NCBI GenBank assembly: GCA_951406725.2
Contig: OX597831.1
Span: forward strand, 30,938,001-31,002,000
Direction: 5' to 3'
DNA length: 64,000 nucleotides
DNA from: Octopus vulgaris
Lineage: Eukaryota
Shown in pieces: positions 37,912-52,542 of this stretch (its first letter is position 1; each line of letters opens with the position of its first letter). The translations under genes and the position numbers were made by a program. The notes under the pieces were generated by a model. The model was not told the origin of the DNA and ran no database searches. It saw nothing but the letters and a program-made list of their open reading frames with translations.

Positions 37912-38361
37912 CGTGTGTACATACATAGATAACTTCTCAGTATATCTACTACTTTCATGTCATAGAGATTTCCTAACTAGCTGCTTTGCTTGTTACAACA
38001 TCAGTGACTGATTGTCGCTTGGTTTTCTATACAGTGCAAACTGGAGCGAATTCCTGGTATCTCTAGCGGCCAGTTTGATCCTCACAGACGACGGAAACAT
38101 CTAGCCCGAAACCATTCGGTCTGGTGACCTCGTTGTTTGCTAGAAGATGGGATGGGTTCGTTCCCCTACTTCCAATATATACTGGATGCAGATTCCAGGG
38201 ATAACCCCTGGAGGAGACTCTTCCTGGGGTTAAATACGGCAGTACCTTTGAACAGCCATATTGATGGAGCGAAAAACATTACTTCCCAGTATAGCTACTA
38301 TTTTTATCTCTTATAGAGGTTTCCTAACTGGCTACTTTGCACACACACGCACACACACACA

Positions 38362-38686
38362 CACGGCACGTAAAAAGCACCATCCGAATCGTGGCCGATG
38401 CCAGTACCGCCTCGACTGGCTTCCGTGCCGGTGGCACGTAAAATGCACCAATCCGACCGTGGCCGTTGCCAGCCTCGCCTGGCACCTGTGCAGGTGGCAC
38501 GTAAAAAGCACCCACTACACTCACGGAGTGGTTGGCGTTAGGAAGGGCATCCAGCTGTAGAAACATTGCCAGATAAGACTGGAGCCCGGTGCAGCCTTCT
38601 GACTTCCCAGATCCCCGGTCGAACCGTCCAACCCATGCTAGCATGGAGAATGGACGTTAAACGATAATGATGATGATGATGATGAT
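38362..38686 (+). mobile_element. RTE-tail-like SINE 3' part with internal ~65-bp tandem units
   Basis: Three GGCACGTAAAA.GCACC units, TTGGCGTTAGGAAGGGCATCCAGCTGTA block, (GAT)n tail. Confidence 0.7.
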
Positions 38687-39475
38687 ATATATATATGTAT
38701 GTATGTATGTATGTATATATAAATATATATATAAATTTTTGTGTGTATACATATAAACACAAGCGTACATAAATACATACACACATTCATTCATTCATTC
38801 ATTTATACTGGTATATATTAATAGCTAGATAATTATGAGTACGGAAGAAAAGACGGGATGATCGTGGTTGGAATGCTTTTGATTAAGAGCTTGCTCCATT
38901 TGTTTCTTTCGTGTCTAGAATAAACAGCGTTGGAAGTGCGTTTGACAGGACCGTTCATATTGGAATTTGAAATGAAAGCATTGTGGAAGGAAATTTTATG
39001 TCATCTCAGTAATCGTGGTTGGGGGATATGTTTATAACTTCTACAATAATCTCTATTAAAATGGGATTCCTTTTAAATATATCAGACACTATTCATACAA
39101 ACATTGCAACAATAAGAATAAACATGCGAAAGCACCTGCTGTTTTGGTCGTTGGATATCGTTTCAATTTTTTTTTTGTCCTTTTATCTTTTTACTTGTTT
39201 CAGTCAATTGGACTGTGGCCATGCTGGTGCGCAACCATGAATGGTTTAATCAAACATATCGACGCCGCTATTTTTTAAGTCTGGTATATTTGCCATCGTT
39301 CCTTCTGCCGAACCGCTAAGTAACGGGGAGGTAAAGAAACCAACACCGGTTAGCAAGCAATGGTGGACACCAAATGCGAACAGGAATGCACACACCCTCA
39401 CACACACACATATGCATGTATGTATGTATGTATGTATGTATGTATGTATGTATGCATGTATGTATGTATGTATGT

Positions 39476-39835
39476 GAAGGCGCATGACTCAGTGGTTAGA
39501 GCGTCGAACTTACGATCGTGACGTTGTGAGTTCTATTCCTGAACCGGGCTGTGTGTTGTGTTCTTGAGCAAGACACTTTATTTCACTTTGCTCCAGTTCA
39601 CTCAGCTGCAGAAATGAGTTGCGATGTCACTTGTACCAAAGTGTATCAGCCTTTGCCTTTTTTACCTTGGATAACATCAGTGGCATGAAGAGGGGAGGAT
39701 GGTATGCATGGGTGACTGCTGGTCTTCCATAAAAACATCCCTCGGTCGTGCGTTCGCCGGTGAGGCAACTCTCTACCCAGACTTAAACCTCGACTGGGAA
39801 CCTCTTAGGTGTACCCATGGTCATTTGTGACCGAC
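39476..39835 (+). mobile_element. SINE family C (CORE-like)
   Basis: GAAGGCGCATGACTCAGTGGTTAGAGCG head and TTCTTGAGCAAGACACTTTATTTC core. Confidence 0.8.
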
Positions 39836-41651
39836 AGAGTCGAGTTTTGAGTATGTCTGTCTGTCTGTATGTATGTATGCATATGACGGGCTTTCACGCA
39901 ATTTCCACCTATCAAATTCACTCACAAAGAATCGGTCGGCCTATGACTTTATCAGAAGACACTTGCCCAAGGTACCGCGAAGCGGGACTGAACCTAAATC
40001 CACGTGGTTGCAAAATGAGGTATTTAATTAGCGAGTCATGCAAACTTCTGATTTCTGCTATTTCTCTGAACTATTGAGAACGTTGTTTATCCCCTGGTGC
40101 ACTCTAATCGAACACATCGATCAAAATGCAATGTTACACTCATTGTAACACAATGCTTGGCTCATTGTCTCTGCTCCTCTCTGATCCAAGCATAGCACTA
40201 TGAAGACGATTATTAAAAAATGTACAAGTTTTTTAAGATAGTAAAGGTTGATACGAGGTAGATATCTGCTGAATCAATGTGTAGAATCCCCTTCGTGAAA
40301 TGTAACTGACTTTGGTTAAAGTAAATACTGGAACCGAGAATTTTATCAAATGTTAATTTTCATTAAAATTAGGACGTTGGAAGATGGACCCAAATATTAA
40401 TGTGACATTTAGATCCTCTTCATCATTATTTCCATCATTGACTTCCTTATAACGATTTGTAACAGATGCTTCTAATGAATACTGTCAACTCTCAAACCTT
40501 GATGAATAACTAAATTAAACTAAATTAAAACTGTCACATGGAATATAACATTATAATGTCCGCTTCGTTTAAATAAATTCTGCAACAGACTTGTTAGGTC
40601 ATATAATGTCATAGGCAAAACTATAAACTAACATGGAGTAAAGCGGTTAAGAACGTATTTAATGTAATGATTTAAAAATTTGAGTTAATTGAATTTATAT
40701 GCAGCAATAATGAGAGAATCAAAGATGTTATAATCAAGAAAGGTGGTAACCTAGAAATTTAAAAAAAGGATTTATTCATTCAATAAGGAATGCAGAATGC
40801 AATGAGAAGTAGATCTGATCGGTGGCCGTACAGTGGTGACAACACCAAAGCGACATGATTTTGGGGTATTAAACCTCATCAGCGAAAAACAGTCTTTTAC
40901 TGTAAGATTTTAGACTGACTGGAGGAGTATAGTGGATTATAGTGAATGAACATTGAATGTGATAAAGAATGATGGCGTTTAACTACCCAGGGACGACTGC
41001 TGCAGGAAATACACACAGGAATGTGGTTGCTATGATATCAAATATAATAAGCAAAGACATCTTAATCAATTAAAATTACAACTGAAGTCAAATGGAAAAA
41101 GTGAAGAATTCAAATTAATTAAAATTAATTAAAAGTAGAATTTAAAGGAGAATATGTCTGACTTCTGTGTTTCGTTAGTATTCAGGAAAATAAATCATAT
41201 TTTACAACATATGTTGAGTACTTTCGTCAATGACAGATATTTCTACACTGGGAAGCCACATATTTAATATCACCTGATTTATTGTTCGAAAATCACGGGA
41301 GAATCTATTTAGAATATCCTATTTGGCTATTAACCTAGGTTTGGCAACTTGAAATCTCCTAACGTAAGATTAAATATTGGTTGACCTAACATGAAATATG
41401 CTTCAAGTAAATGGCTTTGAAAATCGAATAGTTTAGAGGTCATGTTTCAATATGCTGCGGATTGAATAGTTTAGTTCTTTAATTAAATATTTTAGCAAGT
41501 CAAGTAGTCAAATATTTAGGTTGTGATTGGTTGAAAGACATGTTCAAATATATTACAGAGTCAATTAGCTTGAGGACTTACATTCAAATATATAACGCAA
41601 ATTGAATGCAAGTCTTTGTTTTCAATTGGAATTCGGCTGAAGAAACTTAAA

Positions 41652-41673
41652 TATACATACATACATACATACA

Positions 41674-41739
<66 letters not shown>

Positions 41740-42222
41740 CATATATATACCTATACATGCACACAAGCTCATACACACACACTCACACACACATACATAC
41801 ACACACTCACACACACACACGTACATACATGCATACGTACGTACATACATACATGCATACATACATACATACATACATACATACATACATACATACATAC
41901 ATACATACATACATACATACATACATACATACATACATACATACATACATACATACATACACACATACATACATACATACATACATGCATACATACATAC
42001 ATGCATACATACACACACGCACACATACATACGTACATGCATACATACATGCATGCATACATACATACATACATACATACATGCATGCATACATACATAC
42101 ATACATACATACATACATACATACATACATACATACATACATACATACATACATACATACATACATACATACATACATACATACATACATACATACATAC
42201 ATACATGCATACATACATACAT
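41652..42222. repeat. (TACA)n microsatellite
   Basis: Directly visible. Confidence 0.95.
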
Positions 42223-42564
42223 AGAAGTGAATGATATCATTGTATTAAAATATCCTTCCAATAAGAATATATTGGTTTACATATCGAGTCGTATGTAAAT
42301 GCTAGCCCGTACAGCATTTGCAGTCTATGTATATAGTATTGATTATTTTTCCCTGAACCCAGTATACTATTAATATAATACTAAGTGAAGCTGCCGCAGA
42401 AGCTACAAACTGCGATTGTAATACTCACAAAGTTTTACTTGGAAATCTGTTGACAGATTACTTCAACAAAAGAATGAATATTTTAGGAATTTAGTTCAAA
42501 TATGATAGGTGTTTGGGGCGAAATATTCTCAAGATATTGGTATCAATGCTCACGTTTCAGTGTA

Positions 42565-42922
<358 letters not shown>

Positions 42923-43053
42923 GCCTGCTCGCTTAGCCAGCGGGGTGGCGTCATTCAAAGGCTAAATCAATGCGAACGCATTGTGACCAGCGATGTGTAA
43001 CAACATCTGATGGTCTGGTCGGTCACGTGATCACTTGATATATATATATGTGT

Positions 43054-43113
<60 letters not shown>

Positions 43114-43116
<3 letters not shown>

Positions 43117-43505
43117 CGCAGGCGTGGCTGAGCGGTAAGAAGATTGTTTCCCAGCTTCACGTTTCCAGATTTAGTCTCACTGCGTGGCAACTTGGGCAAG
43201 CGTCTTCTGCTATAGCCTCGGGCCGACCAAATCTTTGTGAGTGGATTTGGTAGACGGAAATTAAAAGAAGCCCGTCGTGTATATATATATATTTGTGCGT
43301 GTGTCTTTGTGTCTGTGTTTGTCCCCCCCACCACCACCACCATCACCATCGTTTGACAACCGATGTTGGTGAGTTTATGTTCCCGAAATCTAGCGGTTTG
43401 ACAAAAGACATCGCTAGAATAAGTACTGGGCTTACAAACAATACGTCCTGGGGGCGATTTCTTTGACTTAGGGCGGTGCTCCAGCATGGCTGCAGTCAAA
43501 TGAAT
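43114..43505 (+). mobile_element. SINE family A, full length
   Basis: GGCGCAGGCGTGGCTGAGCGGTAAG head and conserved tail. Confidence 0.85.
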
Positions 43506-44502
43506 GAAGCGTGTTAAACAGTGATATCTGCAGATATTTCTGCACCCCCACATATACATTTAAAAGCATACGCGCAGAGGTTTGTATATATAATATAGAT
43601 ACACAATTATACACATACATGCAGTCATACGCAAATATATGACTCGCAGAGGACAACTCACACGGTTACATACACTATCACTTACTCAGATACTCGTACC
43701 ACCCTTTAGCCGACTATTTAACTTCTAGTAGTCAGCGATCGACCAATAAACGAATGTGCATATACAAAAAAAGTCATATGATGGACAGACACAATTTCAT
43801 GCTCTCACAAATACGCTCATATCCTCATATAGAAGTGCACAAGCTTTTAGCAAGAACATATCAAAACAGTTGCACATACACACATAAAACACATCACAAA
43901 TATAGAAATACACATAGAGAAACTACTTCTCCAGATTGCCCGAACTCACAAACTTATACGCACGCACACCAACACGCACTCAAACACACGAACTTCTTCG
44001 TAGTCACTGTTCTTTCTTAAATCGTCCCATTTCACTCACCATCAAACTTCCGGTCAGTTAACGGCCGGCATGTAAATGAATTAATATAACCGTTTTCGCC
44101 GAGATTGCACTTTGAAATTTTTTTTCCCCTAAATTTTCATTCTTTATTTTGTTAAGTTTCTCCTTGTTATTCATGCTCTCTCTTTCCACTGTCCGAAGAA
44201 GGAAAATGCCTGAAGCACTATAGATATTAACTCTTTCCATTTCCTTAAGCATCAAGCTAATATTATTGATTGTGAAGCTGTCCAGTCTAGTTGTTAATGC
44301 ATTCTATGCTCTTGAACACAGTCGAAAGTAAATGTTGCAAATACATGTATTGTATGCTCATCACTATATACGTATAAGCACAGATACACTTGCATATCAT
44401 ATATATATATATATATATATATCCACATAACATATGCGTATATAGATGCTTATATATATATGTATGTATATGTATATATATATATATATACATGTATATA
44501 TC

Positions 44503-44559
<57 letters not shown>

Positions 44560-45099
44560 AAACATGCACAAACGCACACAAAATTATATGCGTATAGGAG
44601 CTCTCTACACGCAAGTCACACCGATGTCAAATGTGTCTTTCATCCTTTTGGGAAAATTAAAAGAGCTTTTGGTTACCGAAAATCTTGGAGCATCAGACCA
44701 GTTGCCTTGCAACAACTGTCCGGGCCCTTTGCGTATTGAATTCATAGGGACAACTTAGCTTGTCATCTGGTTTAACATTATGATTTGGTCCTCGTGTGCC
44801 TTTAGCAGTGTCAAATCAGTTGCAAGAATTCAGACCAGTCCAGAGGTTAAGATATGTTCCTTCAGTGCCTCAACTAAACTTGATTTATAGACAGCTTAAG
44901 AATGTTAAGTGAACTTGTCTCGCTTGACTATGACTTATTTTCAGGTGTTTTTTTTTACACCAGGCACATAGAGAATATATTCTCTTACGCCTAAAAACCG
45001 CAGCCGACCCATGAACTAACAACGCGCATACCTTATGTATGTTTTTTCGATTTGTTTTTATATACCTCGAGCTTCTTCTAAATTATATTTATATATATA

Positions 45100-47690
45100 T
45101 AATTTTAATTAAGCAGAAAATGGAGAAATCTTGATCAACAACAATTGACTACCATTGATTATTATTTTTTAATACAAAACATTATCCCATCTAACAGCCG
45201 TTTCTGCTTCCAATATCCTATAGTGTTGTCGAAGAAAATTCTGAAAATAATATTCGTCATATTTTGCAACACATCCAATCAGGAACATGGAGCTTCATCA
45301 GAATGAAGAAAAATACATAAAATAAAATAAAAGAAAAGAAGAAGAACCTCGAGAAGAGGAATGAAGGCTTAATATATTTGAATCAGGCCGTTAATTAAAT
45401 GAGGAAACTAGAAATATTAATTAGTGGGTTAATCTTTCTTTAGGGGCAACAGGGTGTATAAATAATAAAAAAGGAAAATAAATACTTTAGCATAACGGGA
45501 TACGCCAATAGGTCTAGAAAACGAGGGAGGTCTAGAAAATGCCATCACGCTTAGAATTAATCATAATAGTTCTTATGATTCTGTTAATAGTACTAGTTAA
45601 TATTAATCCAAATAAGATGTCCATAAATTAATTAAATTGGGTACATACATATGGAGCATACCACAAATTACACCTCCATGCATACAAAAATATGCCTCAG
45701 TACAAAGAACAAGCAAATACAATCTAAAGAGGTGTGTAGTTAATATTAAGTTGTTAAATGATTTTATACGGGGCGGGGGGTTCTGAAATGAGTAAATCTA
45801 ATGGGGTCATCAATAAATGGAAGTAGACCCATATGCTGACTAAGAAATGAGGCCCAGAATGAAATTAAGCTAAGTTAACAAGCTAACACATGGTCTAGAA
45901 AGTAAAGTTAGTTGCAAATAAAGTCATTGCTGAGACAGCAGGTACAGGCTCACCTGCGGTGGTGGTGTTGGGGGGCTGTAATTGTGGGGGATTGAATATT
46001 TATGCCCTCTGTATTCTAAATTAGGCTCATAGTTGAAAGAAATAGTATTATTAAAGGGAGTGAGAAGGTTATGTTAAGGGGAGATAGATTAATAAATATA
46101 TTATGTAATTTAGTTATTATGCGTGAGAGGTGGAATTTAAACTCGGATATATTGGTGTAGGGATATTAATCCTGGATTACCTGTAAGGGACCCACCTGTG
46201 TAAAAGTATTAAGCTAACTTTAATTTGGAAGTTAGTATGTGCCATCATTTAGTATCGGAATCTACTATTTCTGTGGTGAAGAGCTCTGGGTGCTATTTGT
46301 GGGGTTGATGCAAAAAGTCTATAATGATATTTATATTTAGAGAAGGTAACCTTACCCTTGTACAGGCAAGCGTGTTTCTCTCTTACCTCAAGTTGTGGGT
46401 GTTGTGCCGCTAGTATGAAAAATTTCCCATTGATGCACAGATGGCATTTCTTATGTCTTACATTGTTCGAAGATGCGGAGACGAGGAATTTCCATTCTAA
46501 AACGAATATAATCTATTTATCTTTAAGCTCCCAAATATATTTATTTAATCCGGTCGAATTAATCTTATTTCTCTATCTGAAAGAGTGTTGGTGTGCGGAT
46601 AGTCTTCGTTTCATCTTATTTTGGGTACCTCCTATGTACATCTTTTTACTAAACTGTGTCGTGACTGTGCACTGGTAAATTACATCTTTTCTTTTACAAG
46701 TATTTCTAAGGGTGCAATTATCTTTATTTCTACATTCGCACAGGTTGCGCTGTGGGGGAGAATTACTTACTAATGGGTTGGTGCTAGGTGTGTTAAGGCT
46801 GATAGGGTTATAATGGTTTTGAGTTTTATCGTTACTAAGTTTGGGATGGTTATGGGGGTTATTTTTATTCCTATTATTACTGCTATTGTTGTTATTGTTA
46901 CTTGTATCTAAATAAAAAAATGTCTAGTTGTTTTTATCATTTAGGGAGGAAATGATGCTAGCTAAGTTATACGTGAGACTGTATAATCTATCTTTATTAC
47001 TTTCCTATTAATAATTTCCGAATACCTGCTATTCTTATCAAAGTATTTATTTATAATTTTAAATATTGATTTAGCTAAGTCCGTTTTAATTTGCATAGCA
47101 TATGGGAGTATAAGCCAATTAATATCTTTCGTTCTTTCGGTTATCTTGCCGAACGATAAAATTTTATTGCTGTTAGAGTGGTACATGTGGTGTGTATGTT
47201 TATTAGTATTAATCTTATTATCTAAGTTATATGCGTAAATACCGCTATTAGTAGCGCTAGGACTCGGATTCTGCACATAATCTTTTCAGTTATTGCTGTT
47301 GTCATCGTGATTAGTGAATTTATTGGCATCATTCATGCTTTGCTTAGTTCTCATCGTTTTATTATGTTGTATTTCTATTATTATTGTTGTTCTTCTTAGT
47401 TCCATTCTTGTTAGTATCCTGGACTATAAGTTTCTATGATCTGTTACTTATTCTAGGCATATTTCTATGCTCTGTAATTTTGCTATTAATATTATCAATA
47501 ATGCCCCTATTCATTGTATTCCTATATGGCATATATTTAATTTTACTCCTGTAACCTACTTCTTTAAGTGCCTTATCGTACTTACCTTTATTTTTATTGA
47601 ATAAGTTCTCATTAAAAGAGAGATAAAACATTTTTTTACTAATGCTTTTTATAAGAGCTTTTTTTATAGATTGTGGATGATAACTGATAT
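45100..47690 (-). mobile_element. Penelope-like element, 5'-truncated: RT thumb, GIY-YIG, long 3' region with hammerhead
   Basis: ORF remnants listed separately; HHR-like fold at ~45187-45307; bounded by TA/TG microsatellites. Confidence 0.8.
46340..47690 (-). pseudogene. PLE RT C-terminus and GIY-YIG endonuclease, with stops
   Basis: SYHPQSIKK, LSFNENLF...YDKALKEVGY, INWLILPY...IINKYF; CECRNKDNCTLRNTCKRKDVIYQCTV...MYIGGT..MKRRLSAHQHSF..NSTGLNKYIWELK...CHLC. Confidence 0.85.
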
Positions 47691-47709
47691 ATATGTGAGT
47701 GTGTGTGTG

Positions 47710-47747
<38 letters not shown>

Positions 47748-47906
47748 AAAAATTAAAAGGAGCTCTAATAATGTAAACATTATCGAATCATACATACATT
47801 ATGTATGTGCAATCTATAATGTTTATATAACTACGGCTGATTTTAACTCGTAATTTAATTTACTTTCACATGTGCTTCGCCGCGGCACCTCACCAAATAG
47901 TTTTCA

Positions 47907-47958
<52 letters not shown>

Positions 47959-48002
47959 CATTATTAAATCTCAGAACGAGATGTAAACAGTAACCGCTCG
48001 AC

Positions 48003-48091
48003 AATGTGAAGTATAATAGCCATCTCAATATGGCTAACCACAAACACCTCCGTTTGTGGTTAGCCATATTGAGAGGGCTATTATACTTTAC

Positions 48092-48094
<3 letters not shown>
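48003..48094. repeat. 43-bp-arm inverted repeat inside a (TA)n-bounded insert
   Basis: AATGTGAAGTATAATAGCC...CACAAAC acctcc GTTTGTG...TTTACATT. Confidence 0.9.
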
Positions 48095-48187
<93 letters not shown>

Positions 48188-48424
48188 CATGCTATAGGCC
48201 AGAGATTCAATTCCTTTCGGTGTGATCCGAGTGCTGGTATTAAGAAGCCACAATAATGGTGACATATCTGTATGAACCACTCTCGGATTCAATATCAGAA
48301 GTTAGTTGAGTCGCCTGATCTAAGACATTCGGGTGTTCCCTAACACTCAGTGTTGTGCAGGGAGCTATTCCAGACGCTATCCCGCAGGTGTTTAAACAAA
48401 GCACATAGAGGTGTATGGGAGATT

Positions 48425-48474
<50 letters not shown>

Positions 48475-48674
48475 CACACACACACGCGCGCACACAAGGT
48501 GAGATAATGTTTTATAAACAGCCTCAATACATCCCTAACATTTACTTTTGTTCAGGGAAATGTTAAATAAGCTGACCGGCACCATAGTTCGGAATAGCTG
48601 CGAATCAGCGGATCCGGATATAATTCAAGCTGGCTTTTAGTCCGGCATTCAAGATATTTCTACCTCATTATCTG

Positions 48675-48892
48675 TTTCTTTATTATCCACAAGGGGCTAA
48701 ACACAGAGGGGACAAACAAGGACAGACAAACGGATTAAGTCGATTATGTCGACCCCAGTGCGTAACTGGTACCAAATTTATCGACCCCGAAAGGATGAAA
48801 GGCAAAGTCGACCTCGGCGGAATTTGAACTCAGAATATAACGGCAGGCGAAATACGGCTACGCATTTCGCCCGGCGTGCTAACGTTTCTGCA
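48675..48892 (-). mobile_element. SINE family B monomer
   Basis: Similar to 21320-21555. Confidence 0.85.
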
Positions 48893-49673
48893 GGAGCCTC
48901 ACCATCCTTACCAGCACCAGAAAGCAAAAAGAGAGAATTTTCCGTACTCTCTGACAGTTGACATCTTCCCTGTGGCCAATGCTGTCTTCACAGCCTAAAA
49001 AAACCTGATCGAAAAATGACTTCAATAAAATTGAGAGAGAAAGGTAGGGGAAACAAACAGACACATACAGAGTGGGAAGAGAATGGAGAGAGAGACGGAG
49101 AAGCAGCCAGAGAGGAATAAAAGGGGAAACCTTCTGTTACGTTTGTGATACCAATAGATTCAAAGAGGAAATCTCTCTTGATGTGATAGTGATAGTGTTA
49201 AAAAATAACTAATAAATAACACACCAAACAACACAACAAAAAAAATATCTGCCCAGCAGTGTAATTGAGTTACACTCTGGGCAACGTCAATTATATTTAT
49301 TCAAGTATTTATCGAGATAACAGAATAAAGAGTAACTCTAAATATAAAAGGAACAAGCACGATTTCAATCAACAAGATAGATAAATGTAATTTGGCATGG
49401 ATGACCAAGTGTTCTCAGGGTTTACCGGTGTAAGAGACTGCAGGACCGAACAAACAAACGGCAAAAAAAAAACACGAAACACGAAAAACAAAAGACACAG
49501 TTAACTATCGAAGCTACAGAAATAGCTGAGTTTTTGTGTCCATCATCGAACGTGAATATATACGTAAAAGTTGATAGATCGACATAGACAAAAATTGATA
49601 TACATACTTCAAATATTTACGCCCTCAAAAACGTTACAGTCACATATTTATGCACTCATCCATACACAAATTC

Positions 49674-49746
<73 letters not shown>

Positions 49747-50011
49747 CCTATCTATCTATCTCTTTGTCTCACTATATAAACAATATATATATATAAAATG
49801 AATATATATCTATATATATATATATATACATATATACTCATACATATACGCGCACACGCACACTATATATATATGTAATATCTATATATACATACCATAT
49901 ATATATATATATATACACACATTTAGGTATACAATATCTATGTATGTGTGTATGTATGTATGTATGTAAGTATCTAGCTATCTCTTTATCAATCAATCTA
50001 TATATATATAT

Positions 50012-50225
50012 GTGACCTCGTGAGTACCGTTGGCGATTTTTTTCCTCTGTCTTCCCTTCTCGGGATCTTTCCATCTCCTATGTTTCCGACGAAGATCTCC
50101 GCTCGAAACGTTAAACCTTCCTTCTGCCCTTCTTTCCTGAGCGTCCAATAATACTTTATTTGTTCCACGTCCTCGCGTTGTTGTGTTTTTTGTTTCTTTT
50201 GTGCTTTTCTTGTTTGAGTTAACTT

Positions 50226-50226
<1 letters not shown>
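50012..50226 (+). mobile_element. PLE pLTR-like insert family b, copy 2
   Basis: GTTT CCGACGA A GATC TCC GCTC GAAAC GTT AAAC at 50082-50116; between (TA)n tracts. Confidence 0.75.
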
Positions 50227-50287
<61 letters not shown>

Positions 50288-50789
50288 CATACATACATAT
50301 ATATATATACATATATATATAGATAGATAGAATGGAAGGACACATATTTCTATAAAGGCACACACACACAATTACAAACACAAATACATACACACATATA
50401 CACTCATCCAATCCGTACATATTGAAATGCTTATGCATACACACACACACACATACTTATATATACATAATTGTATACATATATTTATCTTTTTAAATAA
50501 GTAAATGCGTAATTATTTATTTGGATGTGTGTGTATGTGCGTGCGTGCGTGTGTGTAAGTATATATTCTTGAAATGTAAAGGAGAAAAATTTGCCCACCG
50601 AGATCAGACAAAAATATTGAGTGTAGTTATGGTTTTATCCAAGCTGGAATCCTTCTCTTCTGAAGCAGAACCAAATTTCTTCAACCTCTCACGAGATCTA
50701 ACGAACAGTTCTGTTAGAGGGAGAGAGAGAGAAACTGAGAAGTTTTGGAAGGGAAGGGGTAATTCGATTGGGGAATGAAAAAACAAAGC

Positions 50790-50821
<32 letters not shown>

Positions 50822-50830
50822 TGTGTGTGA

Positions 50831-50876
<46 letters not shown>

Positions 50877-51117
50877 GGAGAGAGAGAGGGAGAGAGAGGG
50901 AGAGAGAGAGAAAGAGAGAGTGAGTGAGAAAATCTACCTATATGTACATATTTAACTTACCTGTCTACATTTTCTTTTATATATACATATATGCACAGAC
51001 AGACAGACACATACATAAATTTGGCCCTCATCACAAATACATAGTACATACATCTAAGCACAGATTAATACATGCATATACATATATGTATACATGCACA
51101 TAGACAGACAGATAGAT

Positions 51118-51220
<103 letters not shown>

Positions 51221-51572
51221 CCTTCACTGAAGAAGTCTAAAAATACATAACATATACGTAGCCATCAACTTGTTCATTGACAAAGGTCATATTCCTTCAA
51301 CCAACCTATGAATCATTAAAATTAAGTTGTGTGTTAATTAGTTTTATACTTCTTGCGATTATCTTCTTTCTTCTCCAAGAATCTCCAAGAAATTGCCGCA
51401 AGGCTTTCGCTTATATTCTTTACCCACCCGTCAAATTTCACTGCATTCATCTAATATTCAGTACAATACCAATGTTTAGATCCCTTCATACAGTTATGGA
51501 TTCATACATGTTTATTCACGCACACACACGCACACACACGCACGCACACACACATACACACACACACACACA

Positions 51573-51650
<78 letters not shown>

Positions 51651-52240
51651 CACACACAATACACACACATGCATAGATATTTATTAATTCTGAAACAAGA
51701 ATAATTATAAAAAGTGATTTCGTGGTTTTCGGCCAGCTAAGCCGTCGTACAACGACTTCGAAGTCACTCTCAACAGCATTCATGTTTAAGAATAATAAAT
51801 TTGTGCTCTACAAACATATGGAGTAACACAACAGATTAATGTAAAATAGTTTTTTTTACTATAACTCAATATAAAACAAACATCATATACGTATATGTAT
51901 ATATATACGTACAAACATATTTTCTTACACATATTTGCGTATCTTGGCAGTAGGTGTGGAGAATAATCAGCTTCTAGTTGATAACAACCTTTTATTGGCG
52001 ACAGAGAGACTGTTTAATTCGAATGTGTAGTAATTACATAATATTCACATTTAGCCATTACGAAAGCTACAAAGAAAGGAGTGCGGCTTGGATGTGCAAA
52101 GAGAGAAGAAAACAGAAACAAACATTGTTGCGTTATATGCATTAGACAAGAGAGAACGTTAAATAATGGAAATGGTGTATAACCTTGACGTTCATTCAAA
52201 AACTTTTGTCTTCTAACACATGATTCTATTTCATAATTAG

Positions 52241-52286
52241 ACGCTACTATTCTGGTGAGGAGTGCGCCCGTTGTCCGAGAAATACG
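52241..52286 (+). other. Candidate 46-nt micro-exon (Cys-rich)
   Basis: Branch-like TTCTAAC, ATTAG acceptor, G|GTAAGA donor; one frame reads RYYSGEECARCPRNT. Confidence 0.25.
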
Positions 52287-52542
52287 GTAAGACGATTCTA
52301 CAATTTCTTGTTGAAGAACCTGCACAAATGATTTGTTTGTAGTGATCGAATGTTTGCGCGCTGAACGTTAAGCTCCGTCGCTCCATAAAATGGGCGCTTC
52401 CTGAACAGTTGCACAGTGTACCACGTGTCAGATGTGGAAAGGATCGCAGAGCAACGCAAGATGAAGTGTATTGCTCAAGAACACGACGTACTACCCAGTC
52501 CAGGAATTGAAACCACACACACTCGCACGCGCACCCCTTCCA

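Noticed and set aside
40380-41200. A-rich stretch resembling a decayed transposase
   Set aside because: No motif could be identified with confidence.
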